Shown: positions 1-8,986, numbered from the stretch's first letter. The stretch is 51,918 nucleotides of DNA from an uncultured bacterium (GCA_964510165.1 CAZEBC010000001.1:29307-81224); one strand, 5' to 3'. The notes: generated by a model from the sequence alone, not told the origin. Numbers and translations are program-made.

Positions 1-965
1 GTGAGGCCGGAGCCGAGCGAGGCCAGCATGACAAGGTCGCCCCGCTTCGCCCTTCCCTCCTGGATGGCTTCGTTGAGGGCGATAGGAATCGAGGCGGCAG
101 TGGTGTTGCCGTACCTTTGGATGTTGTGATAGACCTTTTCGGGGGGCAGATTCAGCCGTTTCGCAACGAACTCATTGATGCGCATGTTGGCCTGATGGGG
201 CACAAGCAAGGCAACGTCATCAATGGTGTATCCGCTCGCCTTGAGCGCCTCGTCTATCACCTCGGGCAGTTTCTCGACGGCGAACTTGAATATGCGTTTT
301 CCATTCATCTTTGGGAAATGGCGCCCCTCTTGAATGAGTTCGTTGGTGACCCGGCCCATATACAAGGCGCTTGGAATCTCGAGCCACAAGTCCCTTGCAA
401 AGCGGCCGTCAGCGTGGAGATGGGTGGACAGAATCCCCCGGTCCTCCTCAGTTGGTCCGAGGATGACGGCGCCCGCGCCGTCGCCGAAGAGGACCGTCAC
501 ATCGCGGCCGCGGTCTGCGTACTCGATGCCGGTGGAGTGGACCTCGGAGCCGACCATCAGCACCTTCTTGTGTGTGCCGATTCTTACGAACGCATCGGCG
601 ACGGCGAGGCCATAAATGAAGCCCGAACACTGGTTGCGCACGTCAAGGGCGCCGATGCCTTCAAGCCCAAGCTTCTCCTGCAGGATGCAGGCGGAGCCGG
701 GGAAGAAGAAGTCAGGATTGAGCGTCGCGAATATGATGAAGTCTATTTCCTTGAGGTCGATGCCGGCCGCCTCTGCGGCTTTCTTTGCCGCCGGCACGGC
801 CAGGTCTGCCGGACCGACGCCGTTCTCCACATATCGCCTTTCGACGATGCCCGTCCTCTGACGGATCCATTCGTCGCTCGTATCAAACATTTTCGCGAGA
901 TCGTCATTTGTAACAACGCGCTCAGGCAGATATTGGCCCAAGCCGAGTATTGCTGTTCTTGGCAT
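1..965 (-). CDS. fabH: 3-oxoacyl-[ACP] synthase III (FabH), C-terminal end cut by window edge
   Basis: Absent from the ORF track because it runs off the window. My reverse-complement translation from ATG (965-963) reads MPRTAILGLGQYLPERVVTNDDLAKMFDTSDEWIRQRTGI... with the KAS III catalytic contexts NQCSGF (Cys), VPHQAN (His) and YGNTTAASIP (Asn). Track ORF 117..1235(+) is its antisense shadow. Confidence 0.9.
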   Translation of the reverse strand, partial: MPRTAILGLGQYLPERVVTNDDLAKMFDTSDEWIRQRTGIVERRYVENGVGPADLAVPAAKKAAEAAGIDLKEIDFIIFATLNPDFFFPGSACILQEKLGLEGIGALDVRNQCSGFIYGLAVADAFVRIGTHKKVLMVGSEVHSTGIEYADRGRDVTVLFGDGAGAVILGPTEEDRGILSTHLHADGRFARDLWLEIPSALYMGRVTNELIQEGRHFPKMNGKRIFKFAVEKLPEVIDEALKASGYTIDDVALLVPHQANMRINEFVAKRLNLPPEKVYHNIQRYGNTTAASIPIALNEAIQEGRAKRGDLVMLASLGSGL

Positions 966-1100
966 TTTATGTTCCTACTTTCCCGTGTTCTTATCCTCAC
1001 ATGCGTCCGTGGAAGTCCGCGAGCGCAACGCTTTGATTCTAGCAAACAGGGTTTTGCGAGTCAACCAAAGGCTGTCTTGCGCGGAGCGCCGGGAGGCCGG

Positions 1101-2033
1101 TTACTTGACACGACTCATCATTTCGAGGGCGGCGTCTTCGGTCTGGGCATTGGCGATCACAATCAACTCAGAGCCGGACCTGCGGACCGCATGGAATTTG
1201 CCCGGCGCGGCCTCGACGACGAACTCCACGTCTGACCGGCCTCTTGGGGCTGGGAACTGTTTGAGAAACCGGCCGAACGCCTCGGCGCAGGCCGATTCAT
1301 GCGCATAGCGTGCGATAATGACAAGAACCTGCGATTCGCCGAGCTGGTATCGCGCAATGGCTGCGGCGTCGTCCTTGCCGAATCCAAACACGTCTTCATC
1401 GGAGATGTACACCTGGTTGTTGATGGCGAGCCGGCCGCGCGCGAATACCTGGCTGTTGGCCACCATGTTGTCGGCGGGCAGGGCATTCATGATGTGGGGC
1501 GGTTGAGCATGGCGCCCGATGCTTGCTTCGACTGCGTTGGCAAACGCCTTGAAATCGTCAGGCTGTATTTCGGCCCCACCGACTTGCCGGACATCCACGT
1601 AGTACGTGTCCTGCCAGAAAAACAGGCCATTCGCGTGGATGACGCCGCCGTCGCCCGCCTCGACCGTCGGAAGCGAGGGATGGCGGTTGTAGGAATAGAT
1701 TCCGTACGCGGCCGCAGGGTCATTCATCTTGTAGACTTCAACGGAGACCGTCTTTTCCCCGTGTGCATAGCGCTGGACTGGGAGTTCGACGAAACCGTAT
1801 TCGAAATAGATATCGGCTCCGCCGTTGATGTGGTCGAACAGGCCTTCACCCCGGAACCATACAGGCTCGGAGGCGGGCTGCCAGTCCGCAACCTGGATCG
1901 GCAGAACCTGCCGCGCGGCCGATCCGCCCTCAGGGGCGACAGGCTTGGGGGGCGGCTGCCCGTCGCAGGAAACGATGACGAACAAGATGAAGCTCGTCAG
2001 CAGACAACGTGTGGCGTTTCGCATGGCTCTCAT
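1101..2033 (-). CDS. putative lipoprotein, unknown function
   Basis: ORF 1101..2066. I prefer the internal ATG at 2033 (MRAMRNATRCLLTSFILFVIVSC-DG: basic n-region, hydrophobic core, lipobox-like Cys), which removes the 29-nt overlap with the upstream gene. No family recognised. Confidence 0.6.
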   Translation of the reverse strand: MRAMRNATRCLLTSFILFVIVSCDGQPPPKPVAPEGGSAARQVLPIQVADWQPASEPVWFRGEGLFDHINGGADIYFEYGFVELPVQRYAHGEKTVSVEVYKMNDPAAAYGIYSYNRHPSLPTVEAGDGGVIHANGLFFWQDTYYVDVRQVGGAEIQPDDFKAFANAVEASIGRHAQPPHIMNALPADNMVANSQVFARGRLAINNQVYISDEDVFGFGKDDAAAIARYQLGESQVLVIIARYAHESACAEAFGRFLKQFPAPRGRSDVEFVVEAAPGKFHAVRRSGSELIVIANAQTEDAALEMMSRVK

Positions 2034-2037
2034 TCGC

Positions 2038-3060
2038 TCAGGCAATGATTTCTTTGACGAGCACATGTTTCAAATCCCTTGCTCCGAGTCCGAGCTTTTC
2101 GGCGGCATCGAGTTGGATGGAGATCATGTCGGAGGAGAAGGTGTTGTCATGTTCCTGCATGAGCTGCGCGCAGTAGACGTCCGCTGCGAGCATGTCGCCG
2201 CTGAGGATTATGCGATTGACTCCCGCCTTTATTTCGGCCTTGCCAGAGAGACCGGGGCCGCCTCGCACGAGGAGCGAGCGGGCATCTATCACGTTGAGTT
2301 CCGGTCTTACGGCGTCTGCGAATTCGGCGAGCGCCCGGTCGAAGAACTCCCTGTCCGATTTCGACCGGTTGTGGGCGACGAACCGCAACGGGCCATAGAC
2401 CGACCCGAAATGGTTCTTGAGCGCGCATGTGAAGCGGGCGGAATCGTGTCGTTTCACCACTGGCAGGTTGACGATGACGTCGGCGTTGTGAAGGGTTTTC
2501 GCCACGCCGATGACGGGGTGCGACTTCCAGTGGCTCTTGCTGACGAATATGAAAGAGCGCCGGTCCCCGAAATCGACCGCGTCAAGAGCGATTCCCTCCT
2601 CCTTTAGGCGCCCGGGATATTCCAGGGCTTCGAACTTTCCGGCCTTGCTGACACCGCTGCTGTTGGAATCGCATGTCGTCATCGAGGCGGCGCCGGCCTC
2701 CCTGGCGTGGCGGGCCACGGCCGCCAGGAACTCGATGTCGGTCGTCACAGGCGGCGGCTGGTCATTGACCACGTTCGGTTTCAACACAATGCTCTTGTTC
2801 GCGACCAGCTTCTTCAGGCCTCCAAGCGCGTCAAGACCCGCGCCGAGCATCTTCTCGAGGTCTGTCCCCTCGACCACCACTACCAGCGGCTTTTGGCCCT
2901 CCGTGAATATGTTCCCAAGCCCCTGCCGGGAAGAATTCTTCCCGGAAGAACAGCCGAGGTGCGAACCGAGCGCCGCGCCCGCCGCTCCGACAGCGGCAGT
3001 CTTTATGAAATGACGCCGGGACACGCCATCCCGTAAATCACGATGAGTTTCCCTTACCAC
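2038..3060 (-). CDS. DUF362-like protein with twin-arginine (Tat) signal
   Basis: The N-terminus SRRHFIKTAAVGAAGAALG is a Tat-type RRxF[IL]K signal. The body (IVLKPNVV..., VNLPVVKRH) resembles the DUF362 family as I remember it. Confidence 0.7.
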   Translation of the reverse strand: MVRETHRDLRDGVSRRHFIKTAAVGAAGAALGSHLGCSSGKNSSRQGLGNIFTEGQKPLVVVVEGTDLEKMLGAGLDALGGLKKLVANKSIVLKPNVVNDQPPPVTTDIEFLAAVARHAREAGAASMTTCDSNSSGVSKAGKFEALEYPGRLKEEGIALDAVDFGDRRSFIFVSKSHWKSHPVIGVAKTLHNADVIVNLPVVKRHDSARFTCALKNHFGSVYGPLRFVAHNRSKSDREFFDRALAEFADAVRPELNVIDARSLLVRGGPGLSGKAEIKAGVNRIILSGDMLAADVYCAQLMQEHDNTFSSDMISIQLDAAEKLGLGARDLKHVLVKEIIA

Positions 3061-3117
3061 ACTGCCCCCTCGAGGCGTTTCGTCGCCTCCTGTTTACATC
3101 CTCTGTCCTGCCCCTTT

Positions 3118-3221
3118 CCCCTCACCCCAACCCTTTCCCACCGGGAGAGGGTAACGAGAAGCAGGCTGGAAGCCTGCGCTACGCCCGAACCCTCTCCCAC
3201 TGGGAGAGGGCAGGGTGAAGG
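3118..3221. repeat. composite palindromic 'CCCTCTCCC-N3-GGGAGAGGG' REP-like element, copy A
   Basis: ccctcaccccaaccctttccc-acc-gggagaggg (3118-3151) and ccctctccc-act-gggagagggcagggtgaagg (3190-3221) are inverted arms. Between them sits an inner hairpin gcaggct-gga-agcctgc (3161-3177). Related copies lie at 17876-17954 and 31413-31456. Confidence 0.8.
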
Positions 3222-3229
3222 AATTCGGT

Positions 3230-3892
3230 TTACGCTTCGACACGTTCCACAATCCTCGCAACGCGCCAGAGGCCATTGTCCACCGAGGCCGCCGCGATTG
3301 TCGCGAGAGCCACACCGAAGTTGATAAATACTCCCGCACAAAGCAGCGAGACTTCTCTCGAGTAATAGAACAGCGGCATCGCCGGCGCCTGAGTGATCAA
3401 GAAGCCGCCAATATCGCCGAGCACGCCGAACACAAGCCCGAACACAAAGCCATACAGCGCACCTAAAGTCCACACGATGACGCGAAACGAGAACCATTGG
3501 CCGGGCTTGCCGGAAATCCCGGCAGTGAGGCCTATGAAGGCGCCGGTCACGGCCCAATGCCCGAGCGGCACGCCACTCATTATCTTGGCGATATTGAGCC
3601 CTGCCATAGCGCCCACCATATAGCCGATCAGCGCGAGGACCACGCCTGCCAGAAATTTCTTTAGCGACCGTTCTGTGACTCCCGGAACGATTCCGATGAG
3701 CAGCGCGACGGCTATTTCCCCGATACCGACGGCCCTCATCAGAAGCATTGCCAAGCCCGCCGCCACTGCGCCCAGTATCACCTTTGCAATCAAAAGCCTG
3801 ATTCCCTGCTTAACCGCTATGCGGTCGCGTTGTGATTCCATCGAGCGTTCCTCCTCCTGTGCGCGAAATCCGGGGCGAAATCCGGATTTCAT
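3230..3892 (-). CDS. Gly/Ala-rich polytopic membrane protein, unknown function
   Basis: 220-aa ORF with about 5-6 hydrophobic, small-residue-rich segments (LIAKVILGAVAAGLAMLL, IGIVPGV, VVLALIGYMVGAMAGL, WAVTGAFIGLTAGI, VWTLGALYGFVFGLVFGVLG). Its ATG (3892-3890) directly abuts the stop codon of the upstream gene (3895-3893). Confidence 0.6.
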   Translation of the reverse strand: MKSGFRPGFRAQEEERSMESQRDRIAVKQGIRLLIAKVILGAVAAGLAMLLMRAVGIGEIAVALLIGIVPGVTERSLKKFLAGVVLALIGYMVGAMAGLNIAKIMSGVPLGHWAVTGAFIGLTAGISGKPGQWFSFRVIVWTLGALYGFVFGLVFGVLGDIGGFLITQAPAMPLFYYSREVSLLCAGVFINFGVALATIAAASVDNGLWRVARIVERVEA

Positions 3893-4441
3893 CTATCGGA
3901 AGTGCCGTCGCAGCCGTTTCCTTCGCTTCTTGGCCTTGCGCTTGATTTCGTGGTTTTTGCCGACGCGATGAGCAAAGGCTTCCGCGTATTTCTCGCCCTT
4001 ATGTGTGCCGACATAGAGGTCGTCCAGGCTGTGGCCGATCTCATGCAAGAGGATGTGGTCCAGGAAGTACTGCTTCAGTGAATCCTTGTCCCAGCGCAGA
4101 AACCACTGGTCATCGATCTTTTGCCAGTATGCGCCAAACTCAATCCGTTCCTGGCATTCAGCCGGGTTGGGTTTTCTTCTGCCATAGCGCCACCTGAGCT
4201 TTTCGGGAACGGGATAGATGCGGATGACCGAGTTTTCTATGATATGCGCGTCCACTCCGGGATTCATCTTGACCTGATTGCACAGGTGTATGACGGCGAC
4301 ATTGCGGAGCATCTCAGGCTTGATCGTTTCAAGTTTCTCGCGGATATCCTGAACCTCGCACGGGTACACGTAGCCCTTCGGCGGAGGGTCGACAATGTAC
4401 GTGATATTGGCTATTCTGCGGATTTGTCTCTTTGCCGGCAT
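3893..4441 (-). CDS. small HExxH (zincin-like) protein with polybasic C-terminal tail
   Basis: 182-aa ORF. HEIGH at aa 133-137, verified by hand (nt 4045-4031 = CAT GAG ATC GGC CAC). C-terminus is KRKAKKRRKRLRRHFR. The start lies 1 nt after the stop of the upstream hydrolase. Family not recognised. Confidence 0.65.
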   Translation of the reverse strand: MPAKRQIRRIANITYIVDPPPKGYVYPCEVQDIREKLETIKPEMLRNVAVIHLCNQVKMNPGVDAHIIENSVIRIYPVPEKLRWRYGRRKPNPAECQERIEFGAYWQKIDDQWFLRWDKDSLKQYFLDHILLHEIGHSLDDLYVGTHKGEKYAEAFAHRVGKNHEIKRKAKKRRKRLRRHFR

Positions 4442-4442
4442 T

Positions 4443-5222
4443 TCAAAAGGGTTGATGGCTCATCACGAAGGATGAGACGCAGTCGTTGAATTCCTGGCTT
4501 TTCTCGAGCATCGGCATGTGGCCGCATCGCTCAATGAGGACAAGCTGGCTTCCATCTATTTTGTCATGCAAGAACTCGGAGTATTTGGGCGGGGTGAGGC
4601 GGTCTTCCTTTCCGCACATGATCAGGGCGGGCAACGAGATGGAGTCGAGGTCGGCCGTAATGTCGAACGAATCGCAGGCGGTAAAATCCTTCAGAACCAC
4701 TTCGGCGGAAACATTCTCCATGAGTTGTTTCTCCTCTTCGACCAGTTCCGGAGGCGCATCTGATCCGAAGAACAAGGTGGCCATCCCTTGGAGCGCAAGT
4801 TTCCAGTCCTCTCGCACGAGGGTGAAGATCGCCGGAAGCACCCGCAGTCGCGCGCCCGTTCCTGCGAGGAGCAAAGCTTTGACGCGCCTGACGTTCCTGA
4901 GGGCAATATCCAGAGCGATCGCTCCTCCCATCGAGTGCCCGCCGAGAAACACTTTTTGAAGGTCAAGAGAATGCATCAACTCGGTAACGAACTTGGAATA
5001 GCTTGCTATCATGGCCTCGCCGGGTCCTTCGGACAGGCCGTGTCCCGGCAGGTCCACCGCGATCACCCTGAACCGTCGGGAGAGCGTTTCGAACTGGGCG
5101 CGCCACGTCAGGTGTGAACCTCCCGCGCCGTGCACGAGCACAATGGTTGCAAGCGGTGGTCGGTCCGTTGGTTGAATGTCCTTGAAGAACAGCTTATGGG
5201 AGGCCACACGTATGGAGTTCAT
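4443..5222 (-). CDS. alpha/beta-fold hydrolase
   Basis: HGAGGS oxyanion region, GHSMGG nucleophile elbow, C-terminal ERCGHMP catalytic His context. GGGGAG RBS upstream of the ATG. Confidence 0.85.
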   Translation of the reverse strand: MNSIRVASHKLFFKDIQPTDRPPLATIVLVHGAGGSHLTWRAQFETLSRRFRVIAVDLPGHGLSEGPGEAMIASYSKFVTELMHSLDLQKVFLGGHSMGGAIALDIALRNVRRVKALLLAGTGARLRVLPAIFTLVREDWKLALQGMATLFFGSDAPPELVEEEKQLMENVSAEVVLKDFTACDSFDITADLDSISLPALIMCGKEDRLTPPKYSEFLHDKIDGSQLVLIERCGHMPMLEKSQEFNDCVSSFVMSHQPF

Positions 5223-5293
5223 CTAGCTCCCCGGGCGGCGTGATACGCTATTCTCAAGCTGCCGCCCGATGTTGTTCGGGAGAAACCAGGCTC

Positions 5294-5323
5294 ATTGTAA
5301 CAATAGCCTGCACAAAATGTCAA
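5294..5323 (-). promoter_or_regulatory. sigma70-type promoter for the hydrolase/HExxH/membrane-protein operon
   Basis: The minus strand reads TTGACA (5323-5318), an 18-nt spacer, then TACAAT (5299-5294), about 70 nt upstream of ATG 5222. Confidence 0.55.
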
Positions 5324-5377
5324 TGCGGCAAGGCACCCGCGTCCCCGCTCGCGGGGGGGACGGCCCACGGTGCGAGT

Positions 5378-5818
5378 TCAGAGGAGCAAATGGTCGTAGC
5401 CCTCCTCCTCGAGCATCTCGCGATACAGCGCATAGATCGGCTTGGTGATTGGTATCAGCTTGAGGGCTTTGGGGACGCTTCCCTTCGCCTTGATGCGGCC
5501 GAGCGCGATGGCGATAGGCACGTTTTCCTTCCCCTGGAAATACTTGTTCGCCACCTCCGACTTCATGATCATCTCGACATCGGGTTCCCAATCGCAGTCC
5601 TCGCCCCATGTCCATCTCAGGAAGTGTCCCTTCTTGGCTGCCTTCGAGTCGGCGTAGGTTGCGTTGAGGACCATATCGAGATCGGTGAACTCCCACCGCT
5701 GCGGCACGCGCGCTGCCGCCAGCTTGGGGCCGACCTTGGGATTGGTGCTCATGATGGTGAACAGCTTGTCCATCACTTCCTTGAATTCCTTCTTGCTCTT
5801 GAATTTCCCTTGAGCCAT
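5378..5818 (-). CDS. SCP2 (sterol carrier protein 2)-like lipid-binding domain protein
   Basis: 146 aa. SCP2-like C-terminal pattern ...ANKYFQGKENVPIAIALGRIKAKGSVPKALKL. GGAGGG RBS. Confidence 0.7.
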   Translation of the reverse strand: MAQGKFKSKKEFKEVMDKLFTIMSTNPKVGPKLAAARVPQRWEFTDLDMVLNATYADSKAAKKGHFLRWTWGEDCDWEPDVEMIMKSEVANKYFQGKENVPIAIALGRIKAKGSVPKALKLIPITKPIYALYREMLEEEGYDHLLL

Positions 5819-5948
5819 GAATATTCCCTCCTGAGGTTCACGACCTCCGCTGGCCGGATGAACGTGGCCATTTGCCCGAGCAGACTCTTATGGGGCGCCC
5901 CGACCCCGACGGCCGCCGGTTCTCCGCCCTTGCACGCGGGGACCGACC

Positions 5949-7121
5949 TTAGCCGAACACATAATGGTTTATCCGTATCAAGTCGTCAATGTCGTACACA
6001 TCGGTGTCGAAGAACGGGACTATGCCAACGGTTGAGTCGGCCTCGATATGATCGGTCAGTCGGCGAATGTTTTGCGCGTCGATCTCGGCGAGGTTCCGGT
6101 AATCGTCGAGATTGCCGGCGAGTTTGTCGGCGATCCTCTGCATCGCCTTCTCCTCTTGTTTGTTCTTTGCGAGCGAGTTGCTCAACCGTCTCGCGAGCTT
6201 GTCGCCGCCTCTGACCTCGACGGACCGGCCGGTCTCGGCGCGTATCATGAAATCGGTGTGCACCTTGTTAATGATGAGTCCGCAGAGCGGCATGCCGTAT
6301 TCGAGGAGCTTGTCATGGAAGTAAATGGCCTCCTCGACAGTGACTTCTTCAGGACTCGTCACGAGCACGAAGGCCGTGGTCCTGTCGTGCAGCAGTTCAT
6401 ACACTGCGCGTGCGCGTTCCTTGAAATCATCATACATTCCCTCGAAGGCGAGGAAGAAATCGGAGGCGATCTTGAGCGCGGCGATGCCGGTCACTCGCTC
6501 GAGCGTGCGAAGCACCATTCCGGCCCCTCTTTGAAAGACGCGAAGGCCCGCCTTGCCGGCGGCGAAATAGGGCTTGAGGAACCATTTCAGGACGCTTCCG
6601 TCAAGAAAGTCGGTCATCCGCTTCGGGGCGTCAAGGAAATCAAGGGCATGCTTGGTGGGAGGCGTGTCGAGCACGATGAGGTCGTATTTGCGCTCCATGT
6701 AAATTTCGAAGAGTTTTTCCATCGCCATGTACTCTTGCGAACCCGCGAACGCGTCGGAGATATTTTTATACAGGATGTTGTTCAGGATTCGTTCCCTCAT
6801 CTCCCGGTTGATCGCATACTTGATGACAAGTTCGTCGAACGTGCGCTTTGTATCGAGCATCATGGCATACAGTTCGCCCTTGACGCTGACGCCCGCGTCT
6901 TCGAATTTCTTCGGCGACACCCGGCATTCCTCATTGCCGAGTTCGGACAACCCCAGAGAGTTGGCGAGACGCTTGGCCGGGTCTATGGTGAGCACGATCA
7001 CCTTCAAACCACGACGGGCCGCGTGAATGGCAATTGCCGCCGCGGTAGTCGTCTTGCCCACGCCCCCGCTGCCGCAGCAGATGACGATCTCCCGTGTGTC
7101 GAGCATTTCCTCGAACTGCAT
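5949..7121 (-). CDS. ArsA/Get3-family P-loop ATPase (second of a tandem pair)
   Basis: Deviant Walker A CGSGGVGKTTTAAAIA, LTIDPAKRL, DTPPTKHALDFL switch region. The start codon abuts the stop of the upstream paralogue. Confidence 0.9.
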   Translation of the reverse strand: MQFEEMLDTREIVICCGSGGVGKTTTAAAIAIHAARRGLKVIVLTIDPAKRLANSLGLSELGNEECRVSPKKFEDAGVSVKGELYAMMLDTKRTFDELVIKYAINREMRERILNNILYKNISDAFAGSQEYMAMEKLFEIYMERKYDLIVLDTPPTKHALDFLDAPKRMTDFLDGSVLKWFLKPYFAAGKAGLRVFQRGAGMVLRTLERVTGIAALKIASDFFLAFEGMYDDFKERARAVYELLHDRTTAFVLVTSPEEVTVEEAIYFHDKLLEYGMPLCGLIINKVHTDFMIRAETGRSVEVRGGDKLARRLSNSLAKNKQEEKAMQRIADKLAGNLDDYRNLAEIDAQNIRRLTDHIEADSTVGIVPFFDTDVYDIDDLIRINHYVFG

Positions 7122-8105
7122 TCAGTCAGCCCCTTTGAGCAATTCAGCCATGATGTAATCGCTCACCTGGCGGATGAGTTCGATGTCGAAGCTCTTCGCG
7201 AATATGAACGGAACCTCAAGAAAGTCATACTTCAGCATTCGTCTCAGCTTGGAAATATAAAACTCCGTGAGTTCCCTGCGCCGGATCGCCGATTCGAAGC
7301 ACTCGAACATCACCTTGGCCATCTCGCGATCCGCACGGGTAAGCTTGTTCAGGCTGTTGGACTGAGCGCGCCGCTTCATCAATTCGTACACGCGCTGGTC
7401 GCCTTCATCGAGCACCTTCGGGAATACCGAGTTGACGATAATGTATCCGATGGGTATATGCAAGAGGGAGTTGACGCTCTGGCACATTTCCATGGTTTCG
7501 TTGACCGGCATCTCCTCGGGAAGCGTGACGATATTGAGCATCGTCTTTTCGGGATCGGTCACGAGGTCTATTATCTTATCGGCCTGTTTCCTCACCCAGC
7601 CGGCTTTGACGGCGTCCGCCGCCGCGAACGGGACCCGCAGGAACGCAACCCCGTGTCCGGTCGCCGGCGCGTCCACGATAATCAGGTCGTATTTCGGCCT
7701 GCCGCCGCGTAACGTTTCCTCTTCGAGCAGCATGATCTTGCCCAGCGTCACGAACTCCTTCAAGCCGGGCGCGGCCGCCACGAAATACCGGTAAATCTGG
7801 CTCCCGAGGATTTGTTCGGCGAGCCTTTTCGGCCTTACTTGAACCCTGACGAATTCATCCATGGACCAGACGGGGAGCAGGTTCATCGCGTAGATATTTT
7901 CATGTATATATGCCCCATGATAGCCGACCGAAGGGCGGCCAAACAGGCGGGCCATGCGCTCCTTCTCGTCCATTTCCACCAGCAGCACGCGCTTTTCAAG
8001 GCGGGCGGCGGAGAGCGCGAGGGCTGCGCAGACGGTGCTCTTTCCCACGCCCCCCTTGCCCGAAACGAGCAGCAGCCTTCTTTCAAAGATTTCCGGAATA
8101 TTCAT
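7122..8105 (-). CDS. ArsA/Get3-family P-loop ATPase (first of a tandem pair)
   Basis: SGKGGVGKSTVCAALA Walker A, VDAPATGHGVAFL switch region. 4-nt overlap with the upstream lipase-like gene. Confidence 0.9.
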   Translation of the reverse strand: MNIPEIFERRLLLVSGKGGVGKSTVCAALALSAARLEKRVLLVEMDEKERMARLFGRPSVGYHGAYIHENIYAMNLLPVWSMDEFVRVQVRPKRLAEQILGSQIYRYFVAAAPGLKEFVTLGKIMLLEEETLRGGRPKYDLIIVDAPATGHGVAFLRVPFAAADAVKAGWVRKQADKIIDLVTDPEKTMLNIVTLPEEMPVNETMEMCQSVNSLLHIPIGYIIVNSVFPKVLDEGDQRVYELMKRRAQSNSLNKLTRADREMAKVMFECFESAIRRRELTEFYISKLRRMLKYDFLEVPFIFAKSFDIELIRQVSDYIMAELLKGAD

Positions 8106-8986
8106 TGGGCAGCCTTGAGGTTATCTGAATCATCGGCCCTGCCCTCCCCAAGAGTACGGGCTATCTTCCCGAATACCCGACTTGAGAACAACAGAGCAAT
8201 ATGACCGACATTGCCGACCATGAAATTCTCGCATGGTTCGGGCAGCGTCGCGTTCTCAGGAGGCAGGACAATATTATCAAACTCGGACCAGATCGCCAGC
8301 ATCCTTGGCGCGTCTTCTGACGATGAGCGGTTCAGTTCGCGAATTAGCTCCGAATCCATTCGGAACTGCCGTGACGACCCGAACAGGCCGAGTGCGGCCA
8401 TCTTGGTGCCGCCATGAGGACTTCCCAGCGTGATCGCGGTTCCGACGAGCGAAGCCCCGCCAAGCTTTTCAATAAAATATCTGATGACCAGCCCGCCCAT
8501 GCTGTGACCGACCAGGTCAACTCTGTCTGCGCCGGTTTCGGTGATGACCGCTGTCGCCTTTTCCGCGAGTTGCTCCGCAAAACGGGCAACGGTGGCGGAT
8601 GCGGGCACGAAATTGGGCATAACCACGTTGTTGCAGCCCGCCTTCCGCAGCCTGTATCTCATCAAGAAAAACGCGGAGCGATTGTGATTGTACCCATGGC
8701 ACAATATGACCGGCCTCTCGCCAGGCCGTAACCCGCCGGCCGGATATTCCCCGATCAGGTACCCGAGCGGATAAAGAAGGATGCACACCAGCGCAGCCGC
8801 GATCTCGCTGAGGACGGCCAGGACTCTCTCGAAGGGGGAAAATGCGCCGTATACGGTGGTTGACTGGTCTCCGTTCTCGATTTCGTATCTACGGATTACG
8901 TAGGTCATCGTCACCGAGAGAGTGACGGCGAGGGCCAGAATCTCTGCAATATGCCATATGAATCGCATTGAAAGAGGTTGTGTCAT
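8102..8986 (-). CDS. membrane-anchored alpha/beta hydrolase (lipase-like)
   Basis: Two N-terminal hydrophobic helices, then ILCHGYNHN, GHSMGG nucleophile elbow and LGSPHGGT, as in small bacterial lipases and PGAP1-like hydrolases. Confidence 0.8.
   Translation of the reverse strand: MTQPLSMRFIWHIAEILALAVTLSVTMTYVIRRYEIENGDQSTTVYGAFSPFERVLAVLSEIAAALVCILLYPLGYLIGEYPAGGLRPGERPVILCHGYNHNRSAFFLMRYRLRKAGCNNVVMPNFVPASATVARFAEQLAEKATAVITETGADRVDLVGHSMGGLVIRYFIEKLGGASLVGTAITLGSPHGGTKMAALGLFGSSRQFRMDSELIRELNRSSSEDAPRMLAIWSEFDNIVLPPENATLPEPCENFMVGNVGHIALLFSSRVFGKIARTLGEGRADDSDNLKAAQ

Noticed and set aside
6048-7712. 554-aa ORF on the plus strand, and similar long ORFs at 117..1235(+), 9675..10781(+), 5240..6214(+) and 16088..17062(-)
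   Set aside because: Each lies antisense to a gene with unmistakable family motifs (ArsA ATPases, FabH, PtsI, SCP2, LeuDH). Their translations are Arg/Ala/Gly/His-rich, low in complexity and without motifs. This is the usual stop-codon-poor antisense frame of a high-GC genome.
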